From an uncultured Candidatus Saccharibacteria bacterium (GTDB lineage: Bacteria; Patescibacteriota; Minisyncoccia; Minisyncoccales; Staskawiczbacteraceae), in assembly GCA_964592355.1 (NCBI GenBank), contig CAZQBZ010000002.1:1-39650 (forward strand): a DNA stretch of 39,650 nt, written 5' to 3'. The notes beneath the pieces were generated by a model. It was not told the DNA's origin. It saw nothing but the letters and a program-made list of their open reading frames with translations, and ran no database searches. Positions 1 to 8,487 of this stretch are shown piece by piece. The first letter of the stretch is position 1; every line of letters starts with the position of its first letter. Both the position numbers and the translations under genes were made by a program.

Positions 1-60
1 CAAAAAATGTTCGAACTTCGTTCAAAAAACACCGCCTTAAAGCATTTATTATAACGTAAT

Positions 61-87
61 AAAAATAGCCCGCTTGGGCTGTTTTTT
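61..87 (+). terminator. Putative rho-independent terminator of an upstream gene outside the window
   Basis: Short hairpin AGCCC-GCTT-GGGCT (67-80) followed by GTTTTTT (81-87). Confidence 0.4.
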
Positions 88-89
88 AA

Positions 90-118
90 TTGACGATAAA
101 ATCTTAAAAGTTTACAAT
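90..118 (+). promoter_or_regulatory. Sigma70-like promoter candidate
   Basis: TTGACG (90-95), a 17-nt spacer, then TACAAT (113-118), about 24 nt upstream of the ATG at 142. Confidence 0.5.
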
Positions 119-141
119 AAGTCAATTAACATAAACCAAAT

Positions 142-939
142 ATGTCTATATCTGAAAAGGGTCCAAGTTTAAATAGCGAATCCATTGCCGACGAGGCGAG
201 CAAGGCTGTCGAATCGGTCAATGAATTAGCGCAAGAATTAACGCCAGAGGAGCAAATTAAGAGTGTTGACTTAAAAATTGAGGATGGTCGTGGTCAAATG
301 TCAAAATTATTAGAAGGGGAATTGTCTGAAGAGGAAGAAATGTCTCGAGCCCGGCAGGAGCTGGGCTTGCCTCCTATAAAAGAAGATGCGCAGCACAACA
401 AAGAGAAAACAGATGACCTGCTTCAGCAAAAAAGTTTAGAACAGGAAAAGGCAAGGTTGGAAAAGGAGCGGCTTATCGAGGAAGAAAGGCAAAAAATCCT
501 GCAAGAAATAGTTAATGAACTATTTAGTGAGTTTGAGTCGTTTTCAGACGCTGATAAAAGTAGCATTATGGCAAGCGGTTTTACATCCGAGGGCAGCAGA
601 TTTGGAGCAACGTCAAGGGGAGATCTTTCGCCAGAAAATGCTATAGCTTTGGCAAAAGCATTTAATGAGGGAATCAAAATGCTACCGCAAATATTGTCGG
701 CAATCCCCGAAATGGTCAAAGCATTCAATGATGCCCTGACCGACGAGGCAACAAGGAGGGTTGAAGAAAAGATGTTAAAAAATAATGAAGGCAAGGATGA
801 GGAAAGTTTAAAGGAAGACGACAAAGAAGCCAATAATATGTCAAAAGAGGCAGAAACTGTGAAGGAAGAAGGGGTTTCGGCCAGCGCGCCAGAAAGCGGG
901 ATTGAAAACGGACAGGCAGGCGGGATAAAGACAGAATAA
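142..939 (+). CDS. Hypothetical acidic, Glu/Lys-rich protein, probably coiled-coil
   Basis: 265-aa ORF with no TM segment and low-complexity E/K-rich stretches. I recognised no family motif. Confidence 0.6.
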   Translation: MSISEKGPSLNSESIADEASKAVESVNELAQELTPEEQIKSVDLKIEDGRGQMSKLLEGELSEEEEMSRARQELGLPPIKEDAQHNKEKTDDLLQQKSLEQEKARLEKERLIEEERQKILQEIVNELFSEFESFSDADKSSIMASGFTSEGSRFGATSRGDLSPENAIALAKAFNEGIKMLPQILSAIPEMVKAFNDALTDEATRRVEEKMLKNNEGKDEESLKEDDKEANNMSKEAETVKEEGVSASAPESGIENGQAGGIKTE

Positions 940-994
940 TCTCAACGTTACCTTTTAATGGGGTTGTCGTAGTTCTTATATAGAGACTTTTTAT

Positions 995-1540
995 ATGATT
1001 GAAAACGAACTCTTGATAATTGCCGATGTAAATGCGGGTCATACTGAAAAGTTTGGCCTTCTTTATGATGGATATTTTCCGAAAATTTACAATTATTTTT
1101 TTTATCGCCTTAAAAACAAACAGGCCTCGGAAGACCTGACAAGCATTACATTTATAAAAGCGATAAAAAATATCAATAAATTTGATGCTCAAAAGGGCGA
1201 TTTTTCGGCCTGGATTTACCGAATTGCAAGAAACAGCCTTTATGATTATTACAGGACACGAAAAAACACGGATCAACTGATTGAAACAAAAATAAAGATT
1301 GAACCGGAAGACTTACACAAGGAGGTTCTTGATAAGGAGATGGCAGAACATGTTCAGAGGTTTTTAAATAGTTTGACGGAAACCCAAAGGGATATGGTGA
1401 TTATGAGGATTTGGGATGATTTGAGTTATCAGGAAATATCGCAGATTATTGGAAAAAGCCAATCAGGGTCGAAGATGGCTTTTCATAGAGCCATTGAAAA
1501 ACTAAAGTCTATAGCAGCTCCGTTTTATGCTGCAAAATGA
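995..1540 (+). CDS. ECF-type RNA polymerase sigma factor (sigma-70 family, group 4)
   Basis: 181 aa. Region-2-like FSAWIYRIARNSLYDYYR. Region-4 HTH LTETQRDMVIMRIWDDLSYQEISQIIGKSQSGSKMAFHRAIEKLK. Confidence 0.85.
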   Translation: MIENELLIIADVNAGHTEKFGLLYDGYFPKIYNYFFYRLKNKQASEDLTSITFIKAIKNINKFDAQKGDFSAWIYRIARNSLYDYYRTRKNTDQLIETKIKIEPEDLHKEVLDKEMAEHVQRFLNSLTETQRDMVIMRIWDDLSYQEISQIIGKSQSGSKMAFHRAIEKLKSIAAPFYAAK

Positions 1541-2936
1541 TATGGAACAAAAAGACATCAAGAAAATTTTATCAGACCTGTATGCAATTGATCCAAACCT
1601 TGAATCCAAGGAGGCCGACTTGGTTTTGGCTGTAAAAATAATGCAGGGCAGAAAAAATAACGAATATGATAAAGAATTTTCCGCCGAGCTTAGAGAAAGA
1701 TTGCTTTCAGAAATCGGTTATAAAAACAAAAGCCGTAACAGGTATTTTGTGCCGGTTTTAGCGACATCGAGCCTGGTTTTGCTGTGTTTTGTCGGAGTAT
1801 TTGCATTTAATTATTTTAATTCTCCGCAACGTCCCAAAATTGCGATGGAAAAAGTTCAGGATAATGCTTTCGGAGATTTTTTCTCCGAGAATGAGCTTAA
1901 TGACACAAGATTGCAAACCGCCATGGAGCAGGATAATTTTGTCCAGCCAAGTGTTGCGACTGGCGGAGGCGAACACGCCGCCGAAGCCTTGAGCCAGCCG
2001 ATTCTTCCAGGAGCAAGCGCATCAGAATATTCGGCAAAAGCCGCGGTGTCGGCAGGCCCTGTTTATAAATATACCTATATCGGGGATAATTTTATACAAA
2101 GCGAACCAAAAATGGATGTGTTAAAGAAGATTCCTCAGCCTCTTTCATCTGATTTTAATTTAAAAAATTTAATTGATGGGGCCGATTTGAGCACATTTTC
2201 TGGCGGTAATATAGCCACGGTCACGTTTCAGCAAGATGAGCCGTTTGGGTACACAATCAATGTTGATTTTAAAAACGGGGCGGTTTCTTTGAACGAAAAT
2301 TATGAACAATGGCAGTCAGCAGAAATTAATGAAGAACCTTCTGTAGTTATTGATAAAAATCAAGCGATAGACATAGCCAACGAATTTTTAAAAACCCATA
2401 AGATATCGGTCGCTAATTATGGAAGCGCAAAAGTTTTGGAAAATAGCTATTCAGATACGGCGCAGGTTGTTTATCCGATGATTATCGACGGAAAAAATGT
2501 TTATGGCATAGACGGGACCGATATTGGCATCTTTGTCGGCGTAAATATGCGTTATAAAAAAGTTTCAAGCGTTTATGGATTAAATTCAGAAAAATATCAG
2601 GCATCTTCGTATCCTGTAATTCAAGACACAAACGAAATTTTATCAATAGCTGAGAACACGCGCTTTTCGGGATATATGGAATATGCAGACGGCAGGCCGA
2701 GTGATGCAGACATGGAAAAGCAAAAAAATAATAGTGGTATAATAGAGATAGATTTGACAACCCCCCAGCTGGCCTATGTCCAGATTTCAAAAATTGACAA
2801 TGGCGCATATGGCGAATTCTTGGTTCCGGCATATTTTTTCCCGATAGAAAATCCTGTTGATTCAAAAAACAAAATAGTTGTTCCGCTGGTTCAATCGCCA
2901 GTTGTGCCTTCTTACGATAAAGATATTATAAAATAA
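1527..2936 (+). CDS. Putative anti-sigma factor: single-pass membrane protein with a large extracytoplasmic domain
   Basis: Overlaps the sigma gene by 14 nt; an alternative ATG lies at 1542. One TM (YFVPVLATSSLVLLCFVGVFAF) after a cytoplasmic N-terminus of about 70 aa. Contains a PepSY-like stretch (VVIDKNQAIDIANEFLKTHKI). The function is inferred from position only. Confidence 0.45.
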   Translation: MLQNDMEQKDIKKILSDLYAIDPNLESKEADLVLAVKIMQGRKNNEYDKEFSAELRERLLSEIGYKNKSRNRYFVPVLATSSLVLLCFVGVFAFNYFNSPQRPKIAMEKVQDNAFGDFFSENELNDTRLQTAMEQDNFVQPSVATGGGEHAAEALSQPILPGASASEYSAKAAVSAGPVYKYTYIGDNFIQSEPKMDVLKKIPQPLSSDFNLKNLIDGADLSTFSGGNIATVTFQQDEPFGYTINVDFKNGAVSLNENYEQWQSAEINEEPSVVIDKNQAIDIANEFLKTHKISVANYGSAKVLENSYSDTAQVVYPMIIDGKNVYGIDGTDIGIFVGVNMRYKKVSSVYGLNSEKYQASSYPVIQDTNEILSIAENTRFSGYMEYADGRPSDADMEKQKNNSGIIEIDLTTPQLAYVQISKIDNGAYGEFLVPAYFFPIENPVDSKNKIVVPLVQSPVVPSYDKDIIK

Positions 2937-2991
2937 TATAAATATAATTTATTTTGGATTTGGAAGAAAACGCCAAATCCAAACAAAAAAA

Positions 2992-3825
2992 GTGGAAGAA
3001 AAAACAGCAAAATTTTTAAGTAAAACATTTGTGCTTGCGTCTATTTTGGTCGCAGGAACATTGGTCTTCTTTGCCGGTCAGATGATTTTGGAAAACAAAT
3101 CAATCAACCAGCAAAATAATTACCAGATTTCGGTCTCAGGCGAAGGCAAAGTTTATGCAAAACCTGATGTTGCCATAGTCAGTCTTGGGGTAACAACCCA
3201 GTCGGAAACAGTTGCCGATGTCACAAAAACAGGAACGGAAAAAATGAACGCCGTTATTGAGGCCGTAAAGGGCTTGGGCGTCGACGAAAAGGATATTCAG
3301 ACAACAAATTATAATCTGTCGCCGGTATACAGCAGTCCGGATAAAATATTGATTAGTCCGGTAAGTTTGGAAAGCAGTTATAGGTCTTCAACAATAATCA
3401 CCGGCTCTTCGATAGCGGATTCGTCCCAGGAAATTATTGGATATAAACTTATCCAAAATGTCCAGGTTAAAATAAGAGATTTTACAAAAATAGGAGACAT
3501 ATTATCAAAGGCAACCGATTCAGGGTCAAATCAGATTGGAGACTTGCAGTTTACAATTGATAATCCGGAACAATTTAAAGAGCAAGCAAGGGCTCAGGCA
3601 ATCGCCCAAGCAAAAACAAAAGCCGAAAGCTTGGCCCGCGAGTCGGGAATAAAGCTTGGCAAGCTGATAAATGTTTATGAGAGCAATTATTACTCTCCAT
3701 CAGTGTATAGCTCTGCAAAAGGCTTGGGGGTGGATTCAGCGGCTTACGGAGGAGCAACCCCGACAATTCAGCCCGGAGAACAAGAGGTGTATATTTCAAT
3801 AAGCTTGGTGTATCAGGTTAGGTAA
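2992..3825 (+). CDS. SIMPL/DUF541-family secreted or anchored protein
   Basis: GTG start and an N-terminal TM. The core GEGKVYAKPDVAIVSLGVTTQSETVADVTKTGTEKMNAVIEAVKGLGVDEKDIQTTNYNLSPVY is typical of SIMPL proteins. The C-terminus IQPGEQEVYISISLVYQV also fits. Confidence 0.75.
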   Translation: MEEKTAKFLSKTFVLASILVAGTLVFFAGQMILENKSINQQNNYQISVSGEGKVYAKPDVAIVSLGVTTQSETVADVTKTGTEKMNAVIEAVKGLGVDEKDIQTTNYNLSPVYSSPDKILISPVSLESSYRSSTIITGSSIADSSQEIIGYKLIQNVQVKIRDFTKIGDILSKATDSGSNQIGDLQFTIDNPEQFKEQARAQAIAQAKTKAESLARESGIKLGKLINVYESNYYSPSVYSSAKGLGVDSAAYGGATPTIQPGEQEVYISISLVYQVR

Positions 3826-3848
3826 TATAAAACAGGTAAAACTCAGTT

Positions 3849-3874
3849 AAAAGCGCGCCTTCGGGCGCGCTTTT
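3849..3874 (+). terminator. Rho-independent terminator
   Basis: AAAAGCGCGCC-TTCG-GGCGCGCTTTT, a perfect GC stem with a tetraloop and a T-run. Confidence 0.8.
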
Positions 3875-3886
3875 AATGTCTTGCTA

Positions 3887-3938
3887 TTGACAATAATGTT
3901 AGAAAGACATAACATCAAAATAGTTAGATATTTCTAAC
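3887..3938 (+). promoter_or_regulatory. Promoter candidate with operator-like GTTAGA repeats
   Basis: TTGACA (3887-3892), 17 nt, TAACAT (3910-3915). GTTAGAAA (3898-3905) is inverted against TTTCTAAC (3931-3938). A 16-bp near-palindrome GTTAGATATTTCTAAC lies at 3923-3938. Confidence 0.45.
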
Positions 3939-3960
3939 AATATTATTAACAAAAATAAAA

Positions 3961-4437
3961 ATGGAGTTAACACTAAAACAATATAATACAATAAGGCTTA
4001 TAATAGTATTCATTTTAGCGATGTTTATTGGTAATATGATAGTTTTGAAAAACTATTTTTTACCGTTAATATTGATTGCGGTGGCGTCTATCTTGCTATT
4101 TAGCTTAAGAAAAAAAGTAAAAGGCGTTCTGGCGGATGAAAGGGATTATGAACTTGGAGGAAAATCTGCGCTTTTGGCGATGCAAATATATTCATGGACA
4201 GCAGTAGTTGCCATGTTTGTTTTCCTTGCCTTTTCAGATATAAACCCTGTTTATAGCGCAATTGCCCAGACTTTATCTTTTTCGGTTTGTTATTTTATGC
4301 TTTTATATAGCGTAATATTCAGTTATTATAATAAAAAAAATTTAAAAGATAGGAGGTTTGTTTTAACAGCTTTTATTCTTGCTTTTTTCTTGGCAATATA
4401 CTTGATTGCAGGAATTTATGTCTTTATCTTAAAATAA
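3961..4437 (+). CDS. Polytopic membrane protein, DUF2178-like partner of the downstream XRE regulator
   Basis: 158 aa with four hydrophobic helices. It sits immediately upstream of a 63-aa HTH gene, a pairing I recall for DUF2178 proteins. Confidence 0.5.
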   Translation: MELTLKQYNTIRLIIVFILAMFIGNMIVLKNYFLPLILIAVASILLFSLRKKVKGVLADERDYELGGKSALLAMQIYSWTAVVAMFVFLAFSDINPVYSAIAQTLSFSVCYFMLLYSVIFSYYNKKNLKDRRFVLTAFILAFFLAIYLIAGIYVFILK

Positions 4438-4446
4438 ATATCGTTC

Positions 4447-4638
4447 ATGAAAAATAACATAAAAGAGCTTAGGCAAAAGTTAAACATAACTCAAGAAGAA
4501 CTTGCCGAAAAAGCTGGAGTTAGAAGGGAAACAATAGTTTTTTTGGAGCAGGGAAAATACAATCCCTCTTTGAATTTGGCGCATCGGGTGGCCAAAATTT
4601 TGAAAACATCGATTGATAAATTATTCATTTTTGATTAG
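4447..4638 (+). CDS. XRE-family (Cro/CI-type) helix-turn-helix transcriptional regulator
   Basis: 63 aa. [41 protein letters not shown] is a classic HTH_3 pattern. Confidence 0.85.
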   Translation: MKNNIKELRQKLNITQEELAEKAGVRRETIVFLEQGKYNPSLNLAHRVAKILKTSIDKLFIFD

Positions 4639-4667
4639 AATCAAATAATATTATTTAATTCTAATCT

Positions 4668-5075
4668 ATGTTTAAAAAAGTTTTGTTGCCGATTGCTGTC
4701 ATTGGCGTGATAAATTTTTTGGCATCAATGTTAATAAGCCAAATTTTTAACATATTATCCCAGCAGGTGGCCATGGAATATCAAAATCCAAATTTATTCA
4801 GAGCCAATTCTGACCCGTTGATGCTTTTGTTCTTTGCTCATCCGTTTTTGCTTGCCCTTGTTTTATTTTGGATTTGGAAGAAAGTCAAAAATATTTTTGG
4901 AAACAATGGGTTAAAATTTGGTTTTGCATATTGGATTATAGCCGTAATCCCCGGAATGTTTGCCACTTACGCTTCAATGCCATACTCATTTTTAATGGTT
5001 TTAAGCTGGACAATCTCGGGATTGGTTCAAGCAATTATTGCGGGATTAATATTAAGTAAATTTGATAAAAATTAA
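4668..5075 (+). CDS. Hypothetical membrane protein
   Basis: 135 aa with about four hydrophobic helices and no recognised motif. Confidence 0.55.
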   Translation: MFKKVLLPIAVIGVINFLASMLISQIFNILSQQVAMEYQNPNLFRANSDPLMLLFFAHPFLLALVLFWIWKKVKNIFGNNGLKFGFAYWIIAVIPGMFATYASMPYSFLMVLSWTISGLVQAIIAGLILSKFDKN

Positions 5076-5081
5076 AAAACT

Positions 5082-5468
5082 ATGAGTTCAGATAAAAAAT
5101 TTGCCTGTGCTATAAATTGCATGGATGGCAGAGTGCAGGACGCTGTTAAAAACTATATTAAAGAAAATTATCAGGTTGATTGGGTTGATCAAGTTACGGA
5201 ACCGGGACCAATTAAAATATTAGCAGAAGGCGTGAATACTGTGATTATTGAAAACATTAAAAAAAGAGTTGATGTTTCAGTTAATCACCACGGGTCAAAA
5301 GTTGTTGCCATTATCGGACACCATGACTGCGCAGGGAATCCAGTTGGCAAGGAAGATCAGATTAAGCAATTGAACGAATCAAAAAAAGTTGTTGAGGGGT
5401 TTGGTTTTAACGCAGAAATTATTCTTCTATATGTTGAGGGAGACTGGAAGACCGTAGAAAAAATTTAG
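5082..5468 (+). CDS. Small soluble protein with beta-carbonic-anhydrase-like metal-ligand motifs
   Basis: 128 aa. CMDGR (compare CxDxR) and HHDCAG (compare HxxC) are spaced about 70 aa apart. The protein is much shorter than canonical beta-CAs. Confidence 0.35.
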   Translation: MSSDKKFACAINCMDGRVQDAVKNYIKENYQVDWVDQVTEPGPIKILAEGVNTVIIENIKKRVDVSVNHHGSKVVAIIGHHDCAGNPVGKEDQIKQLNESKKVVEGFGFNAEIILLYVEGDWKTVEKI

Positions 5469-6139
5469 TCTTCGCGAGCAATCGTAATACCCGACACAAA
5501 CTTTATTCCGCTTTCTTTAAGGACTTTTGCGCATTCTTGCATTGTGGACCCAGTTGTATAGACATCATCGACTAAAAATATTTTTTTGCCCCGAAGTTTC
5601 TCGGGGTTTTTTGTTAAAAAGGCGTCCAATAGATTTTTTTCTCTTTCCGCTTTGCTTAATCCAATCTGGGATTTTGTGTCTTTTGTTTTTATTAAGACAT
5701 CAGCCAAAACAGGGACTTTCAAAATAGGACTTAGTTCTTTTGCCAGTTCTTCTGACTGGTTGTATCCGCGTTCGGCCAGCTTTTTGGGATACAAGGGGAT
5801 TGGAATCAAAACAGAATTTTCCCAAATTTCGTTTGTGTTTTTTCCTGTTTTTATAAAGTGCTCAATTAAAATATCAGCCATAACGGGAGCCAAAGATTTC
5901 AAATAAGGCGGATATTTAAAGTTATGGATAAGTTTTTGGCAAAGCTTGTTTTCTTTATAGGAAAGGGCAAAATACAGCCCATCAAGGGATTTATTTTTCT
6001 CGGAAAAATCAACCTCCAAAATATCCAAGAGGTGTCTGCAATCTTGGCACAAAAACACCCCTTCTTTGTTGCATCCGAGGCAGAATTTGGGGAAAAGGAG
6101 ATCCTTTAAAAATGCCTTAGTTTTAAAAAAGTTATCCAC
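5465..6139 (-). CDS. comF: ComF-family protein (phosphoribosyltransferase-domain competence protein)
   Basis: N-terminal CxxC...CxxC (FCLGCNKEGVFLCQDC), RGYNQSEELAK, and the PRTase motif KIFLVDDVYTTGST. Confidence 0.85.
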   Translation of the reverse strand: MDNFFKTKAFLKDLLFPKFCLGCNKEGVFLCQDCRHLLDILEVDFSEKNKSLDGLYFALSYKENKLCQKLIHNFKYPPYLKSLAPVMADILIEHFIKTGKNTNEIWENSVLIPIPLYPKKLAERGYNQSEELAKELSPILKVPVLADVLIKTKDTKSQIGLSKAEREKNLLDAFLTKNPEKLRGKKIFLVDDVYTTGSTMQECAKVLKESGIKFVSGITIARED

Positions 6140-6189
6140 AGCGATATTGTTTTTGTTTATTGCATATTTATTGTATAATAGAAAAATAA

Positions 6190-7323
6190 ATGGACCAAAA
6201 TATTTTAGGAAAATTTAATTTAGGGAAATCGATTAGCAAGCTGAACTTTTTTAATAATCCGGCCAAGATGTTTTTTCCCCAAAAAATGCTCGGCGTCGAT
6301 ATCGGGTCTGCTTCAATAAAGGTGGTTGAGGTTTCGCGTTGGGGCCAGGGAAAAACCTTGGAAAATTATGGAGAAATAAGATCAGCTTCTCTTTATAAAG
6401 AACCATTCAGGTCCGTGGAAAGGGGCAGTTATTTGCTTTCTAATTATTTTGTTTCAAGAGCAGTTAGAGCTGTTTTAGACGAAGCAAAAATAAAAACAAC
6501 GGCAACTGTTTTTTCTATTCCTGATTTTTCCACATTTTGTGTTTCTTTTGAGTTGCCCCCGATGGGACAAAAAGAAATTTCAGAAGCCATTTATTATAAC
6601 GCTCCTCAGTATATTCCCCTTCCTATTACAGAAACCACATTGGACTGGAAGCTTATAGGGGGAACTCCAGGAGATAAAAAATCGCCACTAAAAATTTTAC
6701 TCGTTGCTATTCCAAATGAAACCGTTCAAGATTATCAGACAATTGCCCAAATGGCAGGACTCGAGCTTTATGCTGTGGAGGCTGAGGTTTTCGGCTTATC
6801 GAGGGTTTTGGCGACAGATAATAAAAAATGCGTTTGCCTTATAGATATTGGCGTGCAAAGCACCACCTTAAACATCGTGGACAAGGGAAATTTAAGAAAA
6901 AGTTATAGTTTTAATTTCGCTGGCTCGCAGCTTACTTTTGCGGTTGCCGGGGCCTTGGGGATGGGAAATGTTGAAGCAGAGGCCGTTAAAAATCAGCAAG
7001 GCCTTTTGCATTCCTCGGAAAACGTGGCAAAAACCCTTTATTTGCTTATAGATCCATTGCTTTTGGAGGTTAAAAAGTTCCTTTCCGATTTTTATCTTGA
7101 ATCAGAAAAAGACGTTGATGAAATTTTACTCACTGGCGGGACTTCAAATTTGCCGGGATTAAAAGCATATTTTGAAGAAGTTTTAAGAAAAAAGGTAGTG
7201 GTGCCAAATTGTTTTTCAGATTTGCTTTATCCCCCGATATTAAGCGATGGCTTGCTTGAAATGTCACCAAGATTTTCGGTTGCAGTGGGAGCGGCTTTAG
7301 GGGGCCTGGAGACGCAGCAGTAG
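6190..7323 (+). CDS. pilM: Type IV pilus assembly protein PilM (actin-like ATPase fold)
   Basis: GVDIGSASIKVVEV phosphate-1-like motif, CLIDIGVQSTTLNIV, and ILLTGGTSNLPGLKAYFEE. It is first in a pilM-N-O gene order. Confidence 0.85.
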   Translation: MDQNILGKFNLGKSISKLNFFNNPAKMFFPQKMLGVDIGSASIKVVEVSRWGQGKTLENYGEIRSASLYKEPFRSVERGSYLLSNYFVSRAVRAVLDEAKIKTTATVFSIPDFSTFCVSFELPPMGQKEISEAIYYNAPQYIPLPITETTLDWKLIGGTPGDKKSPLKILLVAIPNETVQDYQTIAQMAGLELYAVEAEVFGLSRVLATDNKKCVCLIDIGVQSTTLNIVDKGNLRKSYSFNFAGSQLTFAVAGALGMGNVEAEAVKNQQGLLHSSENVAKTLYLLIDPLLLEVKKFLSDFYLESEKDVDEILLTGGTSNLPGLKAYFEEVLRKKVVVPNCFSDLLYPPILSDGLLEMSPRFSVAVGAALGGLETQQ

Positions 7324-7363
7324 TAAAGCAGAAAGCGTGATATAATATAGAAACAGCAAATAA

Positions 7364-8485
7364 ATGGATTTTAGAACCATTTTCCAACTAAGAAATAAAA
7401 AAGTCTGGTGGATAGATGTGATTTTTTATTTTGTCATAGCGTTGCTCACAGCAACTATTATTTGCTATCTTGTCTTTTTGGTTAAAAATATTTTTCAAAG
7501 AAGAGACATAGCCGAGGCTGAATATAAATTAACAACAGTCGGAACCGCCGACCAACTAACTCAAGAGCAAAAAGTAATTTTATACAAAGCCAAAATAAAG
7601 GACTTCGGCAATCTTATTCAAAACCACGAGTTTGCCTCAAATATTTTCTATTTGATGCAAGACAACACTCAGCCGAAAGTATGGTTTTCTCAATTTAATT
7701 TAGACGCAAAGGCAAAACAAGTCCAAGTTAGCGGAATTGCGGAAGACATGGATATGGTGGCAAGGCAAACCTCAACCTTTGAAAAAAATGAATATATTCA
7801 AAAATTTGAAAACCTAAATTCAACATTATCAGAAGACGGAAGGATTGCGTTTAATTTCAGCCTTTCGATGAATCCTAGGATATTCAGTTATGCGGTTAAC
7901 AGGGCAAATCAGGCAGTCCAAGAAGAAAAAGAAAATGTAGTTGTGGTTTCCGGCTCTATTTCTCAGGTTGAAAATCAGCCAGAAGAAGGGTCGTCAGAAA
8001 ATTCTGAGGGATCGACGACCCCTGTAGAGGGAGGAGAGGTTTTGCCCAAGAGCAGCGATAAAATGATTTTTTCTTTTTCCACACCAGTCGGTTCAGAAGA
8101 AATAATCGGACAAATAGACCATACCGGACATACGATTCTGTTAAACTTTACCTCAGGAACAGATATAACCAATTTGACTCCGCTGATAATTATTTCAGAT
8201 AAGGCCAGAGTATATCCAGAAACCGGAGTTCCGCAAAATTTTACCAATCCTATTGACTATCAAGTAACCGCCGAAGACGGAACGACACAAAATTATGTTG
8301 TCAGCGCTCAAATAGTAAAATCGGCACAAGAAATAGCCGAAGAGCAGAAAAAAGAAAAAAATATGGGATTGGTGATATTCCTTTTGATTGTGGCATCTGT
8401 GGTGCTGGTTGCCGTATCCGGCCTGATGGCATTCATATATATAAGAAGAAGACAGAATAAAAAACAAAGAAGCGTCAAAAAATAA
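7364..8485 (+). CDS. PilN-like protein fused to a C-terminal beta-sandwich domain and a second TM anchor
   Basis: N-terminal TM, then a coiled region, then a PilN-like core (VWFSQFNLDAKAKQVQVSGIAEDMDMVARQTSTFEKNEYIQKFENL). An acidic linker leads to an Ig-like module (...NFTNPIDYQVTAEDGTTQNYVVSA). A C-terminal TM is followed by the basic tail RRRQNKKQRSVKK. Confidence 0.55.
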   Translation: MDFRTIFQLRNKKVWWIDVIFYFVIALLTATIICYLVFLVKNIFQRRDIAEAEYKLTTVGTADQLTQEQKVILYKAKIKDFGNLIQNHEFASNIFYLMQDNTQPKVWFSQFNLDAKAKQVQVSGIAEDMDMVARQTSTFEKNEYIQKFENLNSTLSEDGRIAFNFSLSMNPRIFSYAVNRANQAVQEEKENVVVVSGSISQVENQPEEGSSENSEGSTTPVEGGEVLPKSSDKMIFSFSTPVGSEEIIGQIDHTGHTILLNFTSGTDITNLTPLIIISDKARVYPETGVPQNFTNPIDYQVTAEDGTTQNYVVSAQIVKSAQEIAEEQKKEKNMGLVIFLLIVASVVLVAVSGLMAFIYIRRRQNKKQRSVKK

Positions 8486-8487
8486 TT

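Noticed and set aside
423-1276. Antisense ORFs 423..833 and 725..1276 on the minus strand
   Set aside because: They overlap plus-strand ORFs that have clearer coding character, including the ECF sigma factor with recognisable motifs. Their products are low-complexity Ser/Leu/Phe-rich translations typical of antisense frames.
4868-5059. Plus-strand 63-aa ORF in an alternative frame
   Set aside because: It is entirely nested in the 4668..5075 membrane-protein ORF, which has coherent TM helices, and it has no independent support.
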